From a virus: a stretch of 64,000 nt of DNA. Shown piece after piece: positions 1 to 9,508 of the stretch. A program made the translations under genes and the position numbers. The notes under the pieces were generated by a model, which was not told the DNA's origin, did not search any database, and worked only from the letters and a program-made list of their open reading frames with translations. How positions within the stretch are numbered: the first letter of the stretch is position 1; each line of letters opens with the position of its first letter. The stretch spans positions 32,001-96,000 of the IMG/VR virus record IMGVR_UViG_3300025543_005580; one strand, 5' to 3'.

Positions 1-841
1 ACGTACTTGCTATTTTACCTAAAACGGCTAATTGTACTGCTGGGTCGTTAAGGAGAGAATCTTTTAAAGTACTAAATATACCCCCAATAGCAGCACCTAT
101 AACTTTAAAGCCACTACCTGTTTTTGCAGCCGTTCGCATACTTTTAGAAATTTCATCTATTGATTCAGATTCAATTCCTATTTTACTTAAAGTACCTGCT
201 ATTCCTTTAAATAATTGCCCTGTAATTCCTAGGGTTTTTTGAATTTCTCTTTCAAGTTCTACGTGCTCCTTTGTCTCTCTAACAATTTTGTGAAGTGAGG
301 AGTATTCATCCTCTAATGCGTCATTTACTTCACTAATATATTTAGGAAGTTCTTTTAGTCTTTTTGCCTCGGAAGCATCAAGTTTTTCTGTTTTTTGCTT
401 TTTTTCTAATTTTTCTTTTTCTAATATAGCATTTTGTCCAGATACTCTTAAACGTTCTAGCTCTGCCTTAAGTTGTTTATATTGGTTTTTTAATTGTTGT
501 AAGGATAAAACATTTTCATCCTTTTTATGTTCTGAAAGTTTTTCTGAGGAGGAAATAATATTTCTATAAGACTTATTTATGTCTTTAAGGACTCCTGAGG
601 TACCTGTTAATTCTTGATATGAATCATTAAGAGACTCTGTTAAACCATCATATACATTTGCTAATTCCTGAACCTCATTGTTCATGAGTCGAACTTGAGC
701 ATTGGCTGATTTTAGATTTCCATCAAATGCTTTAGTTAATTTATCTAAATTAGCAAAACCATCCCCACCTAAACGCTTTATTTCTTCATTTAGTTGTTTT
801 ATGCGTTTTATTGCATCATCATATTGTTGATTACTAGCCAT
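1..841 (-). CDS. Tail tape measure protein, N-terminal part (runs off the window)
   Basis: Not in the ORF track. Read by hand from ATG at 841: MASNQQYDDAIKRIKQLNEEIKRLGGDG..., helical/coiled-coil and open to the window edge. Follows tube and chaperone genes and has a late motif at 861-868. Confidence 0.75.
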   Translation of the reverse strand, partial: MASNQQYDDAIKRIKQLNEEIKRLGGDGFANLDKLTKAFDGNLKSANAQVRLMNNEVQELANVYDGLTESLNDSYQELTGTSGVLKDINKSYRNIISSSEKLSEHKKDENVLSLQQLKNQYKQLKAELERLRVSGQNAILEKEKLEKKQKTEKLDASEAKRLKELPKYISEVNDALEDEYSSLHKIVRETKEHVELEREIQKTLGITGQLFKGIAGTLSKIGIESESIDEISKSMRTAAKTGSGFKVIGAAIGGIFSTLKDSLLNDPAVQLAVLGKIAST

Positions 842-870
842 AGAAGTATATTATATGTCAATAAATATGA

Positions 871-896
871 AAGGGCATCATTTTTTTGATGCCCTT
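871..896. other. Inverted repeat (AAGGGCATCA-N6-TGATGCCCTT) over the stop codon of the extension ORF
   Basis: Perfect 10-bp stem seen in the sequence; could be a terminator or processing hairpin. Confidence 0.5.
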
Positions 897-1156
897 GTAA
901 CATATGTTGGTACTTGAATTTTGTTATTTTCTTTTGCTATTTCTCTAGCAGAACCTTTAACCCAAGTGTCTTCTGGTTTTTCTTTATTATTTAATGATTC
1001 ATAATGTTCATGGATCATTTTAAATGTTAAATTCCTTAACCATATAGGCATGTTATAAATAGTATCATAATCATAACCTCCATTACCATGGAATATTATT
1101 TCATGGATTTGTCTAAACAGATTAAATCTGTAATCATGCGTCAGGCCAAAAAAAGT
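878..1156 (-). CDS. Frameshift extension of the tail assembly chaperone (gp51-like/lambda T-like segment)
   Basis: 93-codon frame that opens right after a TGA at the T7 run: TFFGLTHDYRFNLFRQIHEIIFHGNGGYDYDTIYNMPIWLRNLTFKMIHEHYE...ASKK*. No ATG before the internal MPIW. Confidence 0.7.
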   Translation of the reverse strand, partial: TFFGLTHDYRFNLFRQIHEIIFHGNGGYDYDTIYNMPIWLRNLTFKMIHEHYESLNNKEKPEDTWVKGSAREIAKENNKIQVPTYVTRASKK

Positions 1157-1874
1157 TCATATTAATCGGAATATCGAGGTCCTCCTCTATCCCCTCTAAA
1201 AATTCATATTTGATTTTTGTATCAATCCCTGGATTAATTTTGTTGTAATAGTCTCTAAAAGATTTGGAATCACGAGCTAAAAATGCTGTATCTACAAAAT
1301 TATTTATTGTTGATCTTTCACTATCCCCATTAACTGAAAGGATCATAAATTTAAGTCGTGTAGTTAATTCTTTATTTTCTTCTTTACTTATTTTTTTATA
1401 ACCTTCAATCTCTTTATCAATGTTAGTATCATCTTTTTGGGATAAAAGTTTAAAAGTAATTTTATTACCTGAATGGGGTAATGTATATTCAAACTCATTT
1501 TTACGTGGTTTAAGAATTAAAGATTCATCTAAAGGTTTTTCTTTTAAAGTAGTTAAATCTACCTCAATTTCTTCTCCAGAAAACAAAAATTTATATTCTT
1601 TACCATATCCTAAAATACGAGAAGCAATTAAAATAGCATCTTTATCCCCTATTAGAAGATCTTCGTAATTTATATCACTAATAATTAATGATTGGAGGAG
1701 TTTATCAATTACAACGCCTTTACGTATATAATTTTGATTTGTGAGGATATCTTCTTCTTTTGCGGTCATGTATTTCATTTCAATACTACCAGAAGCTAAA
1801 GTAGATCCCTCAGGGTATAATAAACCTTTAGAAGGTAAATCAACCATTTCACTTGGAAACTTAAATTCGGTCAT
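1134..1874 (-). CDS. T4 gp26-like baseplate hub/tail assembly chaperone
   Basis: LPSKG..YP, MTAKEEDILT and GDKDAILIASRILGYG motifs; lies between the tube and tape measure genes. Confidence 0.75.
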   Translation of the reverse strand: MTEFKFPSEMVDLPSKGLLYPEGSTLASGSIEMKYMTAKEEDILTNQNYIRKGVVIDKLLQSLIISDINYEDLLIGDKDAILIASRILGYGKEYKFLFSGEEIEVDLTTLKEKPLDESLILKPRKNEFEYTLPHSGNKITFKLLSQKDDTNIDKEIEGYKKISKEENKELTTRLKFMILSVNGDSERSTINNFVDTAFLARDSKSFRDYYNKINPGIDTKIKYEFLEGIEEDLDIPINMNFFWPDA

Positions 1875-1920
1875 AATTTTTATTTGTTAATAACTTTGTT
1901 TTGTTAATACATATGAACAT

Positions 1921-1950
1921 AAAAAAAGAGCTTGACATAGCCAAGCTCTC
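1921..1950 (-). terminator. Rho-independent terminator after the tail tube gene
   Basis: GAGCTTG...CAAGCTC stem followed by a T run on the minus strand. Confidence 0.8.
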
Positions 1951-1973
1951 CTTTAAAATATTTGTATTTCTTA

Positions 1974-2462
1974 TTAGAAGTTCAATACACAATAATCTGG
2001 TTGTACTTCCATAGCAATGTTAACTGCTGTACCATCATCATCCCAGTTATAATCACCCCAGTTAAGTGAAGTAATCATTGCACCTTTGATAATCCATTCA
2101 GATACGATATCACCTACAGGACCTAATACGTTAAATGTTAAGTCTTTTTTATAGAAATCACTATAACCATCTCTACCGGTTACTGATTCATGGTGTAAAC
2201 GAAGCCATTCGATAGTAGCTTGAGCACCTGAAGGGGTAATTGGGTCAAATAATGTAAACGATATAGGTCCCCAAGTGGTTTTACCTTTTACAAAACGTTG
2301 AACGTTAATATGGTTTAATGCTACACTTGATTGTGCTACATTAACACCACCTACCCCTTTAATTTCATACGAGGGGATACCATCAATATACATGATGAAG
2401 CGATTGGATTGTTTTGGTTCAAACGCTGTGAAAAATATTTCGTTGGGATCTAATACTGCCAT
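1974..2462 (-). CDS. Tail tube protein (T4 gp19-like)
   Basis: FEPKQSNRF, YKKDLTFNVLGPVGDIVSEW motifs; directly downstream of the sheath gene. Confidence 0.9.
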   Translation of the reverse strand: MAVLDPNEIFFTAFEPKQSNRFIMYIDGIPSYEIKGVGGVNVAQSSVALNHINVQRFVKGKTTWGPISFTLFDPITPSGAQATIEWLRLHHESVTGRDGYSDFYKKDLTFNVLGPVGDIVSEWIIKGAMITSLNWGDYNWDDDGTAVNIAMEVQPDYCVLNF

Positions 2463-2486
2463 TTTATTTTTTATTTATTGCTTTAT

Positions 2487-2495
2487 TATAAATAT
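2487..2495 (-). promoter_or_regulatory. Putative late promoter ATATTTATA (tube)
   Basis: One of about 19 intergenic copies, each just upstream of a minus-strand start. Confidence 0.7.
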
Positions 2496-2510
2496 TTACT
2501 TTTTAAATTT

Positions 2511-4487
2511 TTACGCTGGGAAAGTTGCTCCTGTTGGTAAAATGTTGAAATCTAGGTAAATAAATTCTGCAGTTTTAGTAGGTTGGATGTAGATTTGACC
2601 AATCATTTGGTTTCTATCAATAACATCTGGTGTGTTATTTGAATCATCCATAATTACTTTAAATGCATATAAACCTTGACGTTGTTGAACTGATTCTAAG
2701 TAAGGATTTACTTGACTTAAAAATGCATTTCTAGTAGCAATAGTATTTTGTTCAAATACTAAATTTTGTCCTACTTGTGAAATGTATGATTTAAGTTGAA
2801 TCAATAATCTACGAACATTTACTCTATCTAAAGCACTTGCTCTAGTTTGTAATGTTTTTTGTCCATATACTACTGTTCCAGTTCCTGGGAATGTTGCAAT
2901 TGGGTTAACTTTAGCAGAATATAAAGTATCTCTATTTGCTTGAGTTAATTTTTGCTCAGCTCTAACAACTTGACCTAAACCACCTCTGTTTATACCTGCT
3001 GGTGCAAACCATGGTTCTGATACTGTATCGTTGTAAGCAAATACACCTGCCATTACCGTAGATGCCGGTACCCAAACGTTTTTGCCCGTATCAGGATCAA
3101 TTATCATTACCCATGGCCAATATGAAGCAGCATACGAAGTATTACGTGATGATGCTTGAGAAGTTGCGTCAGCAACTAATTTACCATATTTAACTAAATC
3201 TAATACTAATAAATTATCTCCTCTACCTTGAGTATTATTAATTAACTGAGTGCATTGAGCTGTATAATCAGCATTATATAAACCAGGAGTCATTAATATA
3301 TTGTATTGGTATTCATCTTGGTTAGCTAATAAGCTAATCATGTTATTATAGTTACCACCTTCTAAACCTTGAGTATTAGAAGCATCAATATTATTATAAA
3401 AATTAGCACCTGCTTTTACATCACCTACAGCACCTGTAAATGAACCACCTTGTGCTAATGGGAGATAAGTTGCGAATGCTGGTTTTGCAATCCCGTTATT
3501 ATCAAAATAATTTGGAGTTGGTTGATTTACTGATGAAACTGTTACGTATCTTGATCTATTAAAATATTCACCTGTTACTGCAATTTGATTAGTTACTGAG
3601 TTGTAACTTTCAACTTGGTTACCAATTACTTTAGTGATAAAATTATCAGCCATTGGATCTAATGATAAACCTGTCCAAGTTTCTAATACAATCTGATCGT
3701 TTGTATTATCATTACCTTGTCTAATAAGTAAATCAAAAGTACCATTTGCTGTAGATGGATTTGAAATTGCAAATCTAATATTATCTGAACTACCTGAAGC
3801 TAATGAACCTGAAGCATCTAATGAGCTTGAGCTGTTCATTATAACACCTTCGGAAATTGTTTTCAGCGTAAATGAAGTATTATTTACAATATCGGCATCT
3901 ACTAATGTTTTTACTGTTTGAATACCTGTTCCTCCTATACCTGTAACGGCACCGAATGTTATCACTTCACCAACTGCAAATCCAGTACCACCAGCAGTTA
4001 CTGTAGTACTTACTACAGCATCTGAGGTTACTACTACAGTTGCTACAGCACCTACACCTGAAAGTGAGCCTGTTAAAGCGATACCAGTATAAGTACCATC
4101 AACACTAGAATATGTACCTCCAGTTCCAGCACCAAGATCTGCTAATGCTAATACTCCACTTTCGTTACTATTTTGAATTGCTGTTGAAGTTGCTGAGGTA
4201 AATGAACCTGAGACTGTACGTGCAACTAATAGTGATTCACCACCATTTAGGAAATAATTATAAGCTGCAATAGAAGTAAAGTAAGTATAAGTATCACTAC
4301 CACTTTCTAAAACCGCACCAAATCTGTTTACGTAGCTGCTATATGATGTAACAACTGTTGGAACTTCGACTGGACCTTTTACTGTAGGACCAATAATAGC
4401 AGCCCCAACTGTAACGGGACCTTGAGTGATAAATGATTGATCATTTTCCCTTGCTAATACTCCAGGAGATATTAATGTTTCTGCCAT
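2511..4487 (-). CDS. Tail sheath protein (gp18-like)
   Basis: N-terminal SPGVLARENDQS; C-terminal WFAPAGINRG, GQKTLQ, DRVNVRRL, IQPTKTAEFI. Confidence 0.95.
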   Translation of the reverse strand: MAETLISPGVLARENDQSFITQGPVTVGAAIIGPTVKGPVEVPTVVTSYSSYVNRFGAVLESGSDTYTYFTSIAAYNYFLNGGESLLVARTVSGSFTSATSTAIQNSNESGVLALADLGAGTGGTYSSVDGTYTGIALTGSLSGVGAVATVVVTSDAVVSTTVTAGGTGFAVGEVITFGAVTGIGGTGIQTVKTLVDADIVNNTSFTLKTISEGVIMNSSSSLDASGSLASGSSDNIRFAISNPSTANGTFDLLIRQGNDNTNDQIVLETWTGLSLDPMADNFITKVIGNQVESYNSVTNQIAVTGEYFNRSRYVTVSSVNQPTPNYFDNNGIAKPAFATYLPLAQGGSFTGAVGDVKAGANFYNNIDASNTQGLEGGNYNNMISLLANQDEYQYNILMTPGLYNADYTAQCTQLINNTQGRGDNLLVLDLVKYGKLVADATSQASSRNTSYAASYWPWVMIIDPDTGKNVWVPASTVMAGVFAYNDTVSEPWFAPAGINRGGLGQVVRAEQKLTQANRDTLYSAKVNPIATFPGTGTVVYGQKTLQTRASALDRVNVRRLLIQLKSYISQVGQNLVFEQNTIATRNAFLSQVNPYLESVQQRQGLYAFKVIMDDSNNTPDVIDRNQMIGQIYIQPTKTAEFIYLDFNILPTGATFPA

Positions 4488-4510
4488 TTTGTGTAGAATT
4501 TATGTTTTGT

Positions 4511-4519
4511 TATAAATAT
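4511..4519 (-). promoter_or_regulatory. Putative late promoter ATATTTATA (sheath)
   Basis: Conserved intergenic motif. Confidence 0.7.
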
Positions 4520-4537
4520 GTTAAAAGAGTTCAAAAT

Positions 4538-4786
4538 CTATTTTTTTACAAACTCACCTGTTTCAATATTGACATTACCGTCACCATATTTTTTCTGTAA
4601 CATAACTCCTAATTCTTCTGAGGATTTATTAACTTGTTGTAACTGATCTATTAATTTTTCTTTTGTTATTTCTAGAGATTGAATATCAAATTCTATAATA
4701 CCAAATTGGGAAATTAATTCATTTCTTGAATTATCTAAATTTTTAATTTGTAATAATTCTTCGGGTGTGAGAAACTGGTTGTCCAT
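4538..4786 (-). CDS. Small coiled-coil hypothetical protein
   Basis: 82-aa ORF ending KYGDGNVNIETGEF; has its own late motif at 4788-4795. Confidence 0.7.
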   Translation of the reverse strand: MDNQFLTPEELLQIKNLDNSRNELISQFGIIEFDIQSLEITKEKLIDQLQQVNKSSEELGVMLQKKYGDGNVNIETGEFVKK

Positions 4787-4806
4787 GATAAATATATTTT
4801 ATTTTT

Positions 4807-6006
4807 TTAAAGGTTAAGTATTTTATTAATTGATTCGATTACTTTTGTAGGTTTTATTGTTTTAGTACATTCAAACTGTCTTGTTGTATCTTTATGATCA
4901 GGGCACCATTCCCAATCACCTGGATTTAGCCATTCTCTATTAAAACATCCTGTACATACATTTTCATCATAGTTAAATACGCGTTCACAACTTAAAAACT
5001 CACTATATGGTAAACTAAATCCTGATATTAGAATTGTTGGAGTACCAACTGCCCATGATAACCAACTTAAACCACTTCCTAATCCTATAAACCCAGAAGC
5101 ATATTTTAAATCTACCATTCTGTCTTCAATCGGATAATCTCCAGTTTTATCAATTACTCCTGTTAATGTTCCCCCTAATTTAGAATCATGCCAATCATCT
5201 CCTAAACGTTCATGGGTAATCATTACTACTTTATATCCTTGATCTTTTAAATAGTTAATTATTGTTTGCCATCCTCCTGGATGATTCCAATACTTGGCAT
5301 GTGCCGAAGCGTGTGGGGCTATACAAACGTATTTCCCATCAATTTGTTGTCCTTTATTAGGTATTACAATACGTGGTTTTATTTCTGTATAATCTAAACC
5401 TAAAATAGAGGTTGAGGATTGTCCTAATGGGTGTTTTTTAAACTCAATAGGAATTTTATTTTCATTAACTGTCCTATCTTCATTATAATGCCAACCAATA
5501 CTATACATTGCGTATATGTTATTAACTTCAGTTCCTGGTTTTATAAATTCGATTTCAGGATATTCTGCTTCAAACCATTCATTGTGGAATGTAGAACATA
5601 CTACTTTACACTTGTGTTTTTTTCTAAATTCATCTACATAAGGAAACCAAGCTAATGTATCACCTAAGGCTGATGAATCTAAATGGATATAAACTCTTTT
5701 ATCCGTAGCATCATATAAGTATTCAAAATCAATTTCATTTGTTTCTTTATTAACAACTTCAATTTTCCACTTAACAAAATATTCAATATTAGCCTTAGTC
5801 CACATATTATTAGATACATCACAAGTATAACGAACTCTACCTGTCTTATGATCAATAAAATTAACAGTATACTTAGCTTCATTAGATCCTAAAACTTCTA
5901 AAAATGCTCCTTTTACAAAATTAAATTTAAAGGTGTTTGTACCTTTTTTAAAAGGTATATTTAATTGTTCTAAATTATTGTATTCTTGAATTAATACTTC
6001 TTTCAT
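4807..6006 (-). CDS. Aah/TibC-like (autotransporter O-heptosyltransferase family) protein glycosyltransferase
   Basis: LGDTLAWFPY..EF, YVCIA....AKYWN, FIGLGSGLSWLSWAVG.PTILISGFSLP.SEF, and a four-Cys iron-finger pattern CTGC...WCP.H...RQFEC. Confidence 0.85.
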   Translation of the reverse strand: MKEVLIQEYNNLEQLNIPFKKGTNTFKFNFVKGAFLEVLGSNEAKYTVNFIDHKTGRVRYTCDVSNNMWTKANIEYFVKWKIEVVNKETNEIDFEYLYDATDKRVYIHLDSSALGDTLAWFPYVDEFRKKHKCKVVCSTFHNEWFEAEYPEIEFIKPGTEVNNIYAMYSIGWHYNEDRTVNENKIPIEFKKHPLGQSSTSILGLDYTEIKPRIVIPNKGQQIDGKYVCIAPHASAHAKYWNHPGGWQTIINYLKDQGYKVVMITHERLGDDWHDSKLGGTLTGVIDKTGDYPIEDRMVDLKYASGFIGLGSGLSWLSWAVGTPTILISGFSLPYSEFLSCERVFNYDENVCTGCFNREWLNPGDWEWCPDHKDTTRQFECTKTIKPTKVIESINKILNL

Positions 6007-6947
6007 ATGATTTCTTTAAATAATTCTATTAATTCTCTTGAACGATTTAACCATGATAATTCATTCGCTGTATTTATAGAGCGAGTACGGTATTCTGGAT
6101 ATTCGTTTATAATTGTATCTAGGCCTCTTAGCATTTCTCCTAAATGACGTGGGGATCTCCATAATCCATGAAAATCAGTTTCCATCTCAATCCATCCTAA
6201 AATAGGTAAACCACAAGCTGCTGCTTCTACTAATGTAAGATTAGGATGTCCAGCTTCCAAATCTGAAGGATGGAGAAATATTGTATGTGATGTATATAAA
6301 TTTCTAAGTTCTTTATTTGAGGGTTCCCAAACAACATTTAATTTATCATACCCATAAGCCCAAGGGTTATCATTAAACCAATTTTCATTATTTTTAGGAC
6401 CTGCTATTGTAATTGGTAAATTACGAGACATAGCGGTTTGAATACCAAATGTAAATCCTTTTCTATCATATGCACCATAACCACCTAAACCATTATTTGC
6501 TAACATTAATAACTTATGATCTGTTGGATATGTGTTATTAGGATAAAAATCATTAGTATTCACACCATGTGAAAAATACATAACTTTATCCGTTTCAAAA
6601 TAATCAACTAAATAACGAGCAGGAACTAATGATAATACTGAGCGTTCCATTGCTTCTAGATTTTGTTTATATACATAAGAATTTTTACCATAATGATATG
6701 CATGATGGTCATGATGTTGGAAAACATAAGGTACACCCCTATCTGCTAATTCTAAGGCTAAATTAGCTACGTGTACCATTACTATATCATAATCTCCAGG
6801 TTGTACTTCACTTGACCATTTTAAATCAACTTCATGTCCTAATTCCTTAAGATTACATATAAATTCCCATACAATTTTTTCAATAGCTCCCCACGATGGT
6901 GGAGGTATTGGGATACCACAGCCTGGGTTTATTTGTGCTATTCTCAT
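6003..6947 (-). CDS. Glycosyltransferase family 4 (GT-B)
   Basis: IPPPSWGAIEK N-terminus; E-x7-E motif (EAGHPNLTLVEAAACGLP). Confidence 0.85.
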   Translation of the reverse strand: MRIAQINPGCGIPIPPPSWGAIEKIVWEFICNLKELGHEVDLKWSSEVQPGDYDIVMVHVANLALELADRGVPYVFQHHDHHAYHYGKNSYVYKQNLEAMERSVLSLVPARYLVDYFETDKVMYFSHGVNTNDFYPNNTYPTDHKLLMLANNGLGGYGAYDRKGFTFGIQTAMSRNLPITIAGPKNNENWFNDNPWAYGYDKLNVVWEPSNKELRNLYTSHTIFLHPSDLEAGHPNLTLVEAAACGLPILGWIEMETDFHGLWRSPRHLGEMLRGLDTIINEYPEYRTRSINTANELSWLNRSRELIELFKEII

Positions 6948-8905
6948 CTAATTGTTAATTGGCCGTTATTTGTTAAATCATCAGTTGATAATATTTTAGT
7001 ATCAACTAATCCTAATTTATCAATTATTGTAAATTTAATTCTACTACCTTTAATATAAGGAATAAGTTTATAATAATCTATTTTTTGATTAACTTCAATT
7101 ACATCTATATGGGTTTCTTCTCCATTGATATATGATGATATTTCAATTGTTTTACTTTCCTTAGCATTAGATATTCTAATAAAAGGAGCTATCATATTTT
7201 CTTTATTAGTAGGCAACACTGTATAATATTCTACTCTTGAAAAGTCTTCATGAATAAATGAAGTAGATATTAATTCATTGAATTTATCTTCAGATTCATA
7301 ATATATGTTTGAGAGATTTTTAAAAGCATGATACATCATATTTTCATACCCATTAGATTCACTACCCCATTCATTACGTAATAACTCATAATCATTAGTA
7401 TTCATTATTTTTGGGATATTATCTAAATAAAAACTAGAGTTAATTCCTAAAAAATAAGTATACACAGTATCTCCTTCAGCCGCTTTATATTTTCCTAAAT
7501 ACGCATTTTTATTATTTAAAATTTTAGATATTTTATCTATACCTTCTGAGTTGGTGAGGATATAATCATAATTTAGGAAATATACCTTTTTATAACCTAA
7601 ATTATTAGCTAATGCTGCTCCGTTATGATAATTAGAATAACAACTAGGACCGTGGTATATATCATTATCATTACCTCGTAAATTAATTTGAATATCTGCT
7701 TCTTGAGTTGAGGTATAATAATTACAATAATATGAATGTTTTGTTAAAATATTATTATTATCATTAATAGTATAATCTGCTAGTTTTGATAATTCCTCTG
7801 GGATAGGAATATGTGAAGTTAGTATTACTTTTCTACCTGTTGCTTTAACAGATTCAATACATTTTTTAGTTGTAGAGATTACACTATCGGAATTAGGATA
7901 AGTAGAAATTATAAATATTTCATTTTCCGGTGTTACTGTTATTTCCTCTCCTAAAGTTTGTAATATTAAATTTTTATTTTTATCTAAATCATCAAACTCT
8001 AAATAATTAACACTATCATATGAATCAAAGTAATTTTGATATACTTCTAAGTTATACAATAATTGGGGAATTTGATATGATAACGCCTCCCGAATTACTA
8101 AAGGCATAGTTTCCTTATCATTATTAGTACCGCGTGAAGTAAATAAAAATAAGTCCATTGATTGGTAAAAATTATTTACATCCGTACGTTCATTCCACCA
8201 AGTTAAGTTATCTGGTTTATTAGCCATTAATGGTTCCCAATACCATTTAAAATTATCTGCTTGATTACCTACACTATGAAATTCGATATCGGGTAACATT
8301 TTAGCATATTCAAAAAATTCTGCTTGATTTTTACGTGATGTAAATAATCCAATATGTAATACGTGTTTTTTATCTGGATTTAATCCTAATTTTTTTAATG
8401 CTTTACTCCTATCAGGACGATCAACATATTCAATAGGATATTCTACTAATATTTTAGGAATATCTATATCTTTATATTGATCAATTTGCCATTGAGATAC
8501 AAACATAAATTTGTCTGGAAAGAATTGTTTATTGTCTGTATCGAATGAAGAATCATGTGATGTTTCTACAATTTTATATGAACGATTAGTATCATATATT
8601 TTTTCCATAATATCCTTTGGAAAATGAGCTAATTCAGGAATTTCTTCTAAATGAATAATATCGGGTTTGATTCTATTAATTATATCTAAAATTTCTGTTT
8701 TATCTTCTCCTAAAGTATAAAATCTTTCTGTAGGTAATAGAGCTTTAATCTTATTACGAGTTACAACTAACACACCTCCAGTTACATCCGCCCATTCAAT
8801 TAAATGAATTTCATATTCATCTTTTAATAGTTCAATTTTTTTAGTTAAATATTGAGGTAAACCTCCAGTAGATAAATGGGGGGCAATGTATAATAACTTT
8901 TTCAT
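6944..8905 (-). CDS. Two-domain glycosyltransferase (GT4 plus a probable GT-A-like domain)
   Basis: HLSTGGLPQY, RKNQ, DLFLFTS and ETMPLVIREAL motifs; second domain with VILTSH and FLNYD. Confidence 0.8.
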   Translation of the reverse strand: MKKLLYIAPHLSTGGLPQYLTKKIELLKDEYEIHLIEWADVTGGVLVVTRNKIKALLPTERFYTLGEDKTEILDIINRIKPDIIHLEEIPELAHFPKDIMEKIYDTNRSYKIVETSHDSSFDTDNKQFFPDKFMFVSQWQIDQYKDIDIPKILVEYPIEYVDRPDRSKALKKLGLNPDKKHVLHIGLFTSRKNQAEFFEYAKMLPDIEFHSVGNQADNFKWYWEPLMANKPDNLTWWNERTDVNNFYQSMDLFLFTSRGTNNDKETMPLVIREALSYQIPQLLYNLEVYQNYFDSYDSVNYLEFDDLDKNKNLILQTLGEEITVTPENEIFIISTYPNSDSVISTTKKCIESVKATGRKVILTSHIPIPEELSKLADYTINDNNNILTKHSYYCNYYTSTQEADIQINLRGNDNDIYHGPSCYSNYHNGAALANNLGYKKVYFLNYDYILTNSEGIDKISKILNNKNAYLGKYKAAEGDTVYTYFLGINSSFYLDNIPKIMNTNDYELLRNEWGSESNGYENMMYHAFKNLSNIYYESEDKFNELISTSFIHEDFSRVEYYTVLPTNKENMIAPFIRISNAKESKTIEISSYINGEETHIDVIEVNQKIDYYKLIPYIKGSRIKFTIIDKLGLVDTKILSTDDLTNNGQLTIR

Positions 8906-8911
8906 AAATTT

Positions 8912-9505
8912 TTATTTAAAATGTGAACCACCTAACCATAATACTAAGGATCTCCGGGTTCCCCTAGTTATAGGTGAAACTCTGTGGAGGATATATGAAG
9001 GAAACAATACAGCAACTCCTTTTCCTCTAATTGTTTTTTCTGGGGAACCACCTCTTAATACTTCTAAATCACCACCTTCATAATCATTTGTGTCTGATAA
9101 TTGTATTGTGACTGATACTTTTCTAATACTTAATTCTCCAGGGCCTATATCTTGGTGCCAATCATAATGACCTCCATTATCGAAATATTCTGTAAATTGG
9201 ATAGATTCAGGCATCGAGTGTAAATCAAAATTCCATATTGAATTTGCTTCTTTAGCTAATTCTGATATTCTCCAGTAGATCCAACTAAATTCATCAGTTT
9301 GGGGGACCCATCTAACTGTTGATTTTCTAATACCTGTGATTTCATCAGCTTCACCACCACCAGCTATACTAGCATGTTGGGTAGGAATTTTACTGCAATC
9401 CGTAATAATTTTATCTATCTCTTCGGGTGAAAATGCTTCTTGAAACCAATAAAATTCTGTTGGATTAGTATCGTAATTTGGATCAAAATTATAAAATGTT
9501 TTCAT
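8912..9505 (-). CDS. 2OG-Fe(II) oxygenase (prolyl-4-hydroxylase/PKHD-like)
   Basis: H-x-D (WHQD), YEGGDL, LHRVSPITRGTRRSLVLW. Confidence 0.9.
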   Translation of the reverse strand: MKTFYNFDPNYDTNPTEFYWFQEAFSPEEIDKIITDCSKIPTQHASIAGGGEADEITGIRKSTVRWVPQTDEFSWIYWRISELAKEANSIWNFDLHSMPESIQFTEYFDNGGHYDWHQDIGPGELSIRKVSVTIQLSDTNDYEGGDLEVLRGGSPEKTIRGKGVAVLFPSYILHRVSPITRGTRRSLVLWLGGSHFK

Positions 9506-9508
9506 GTA

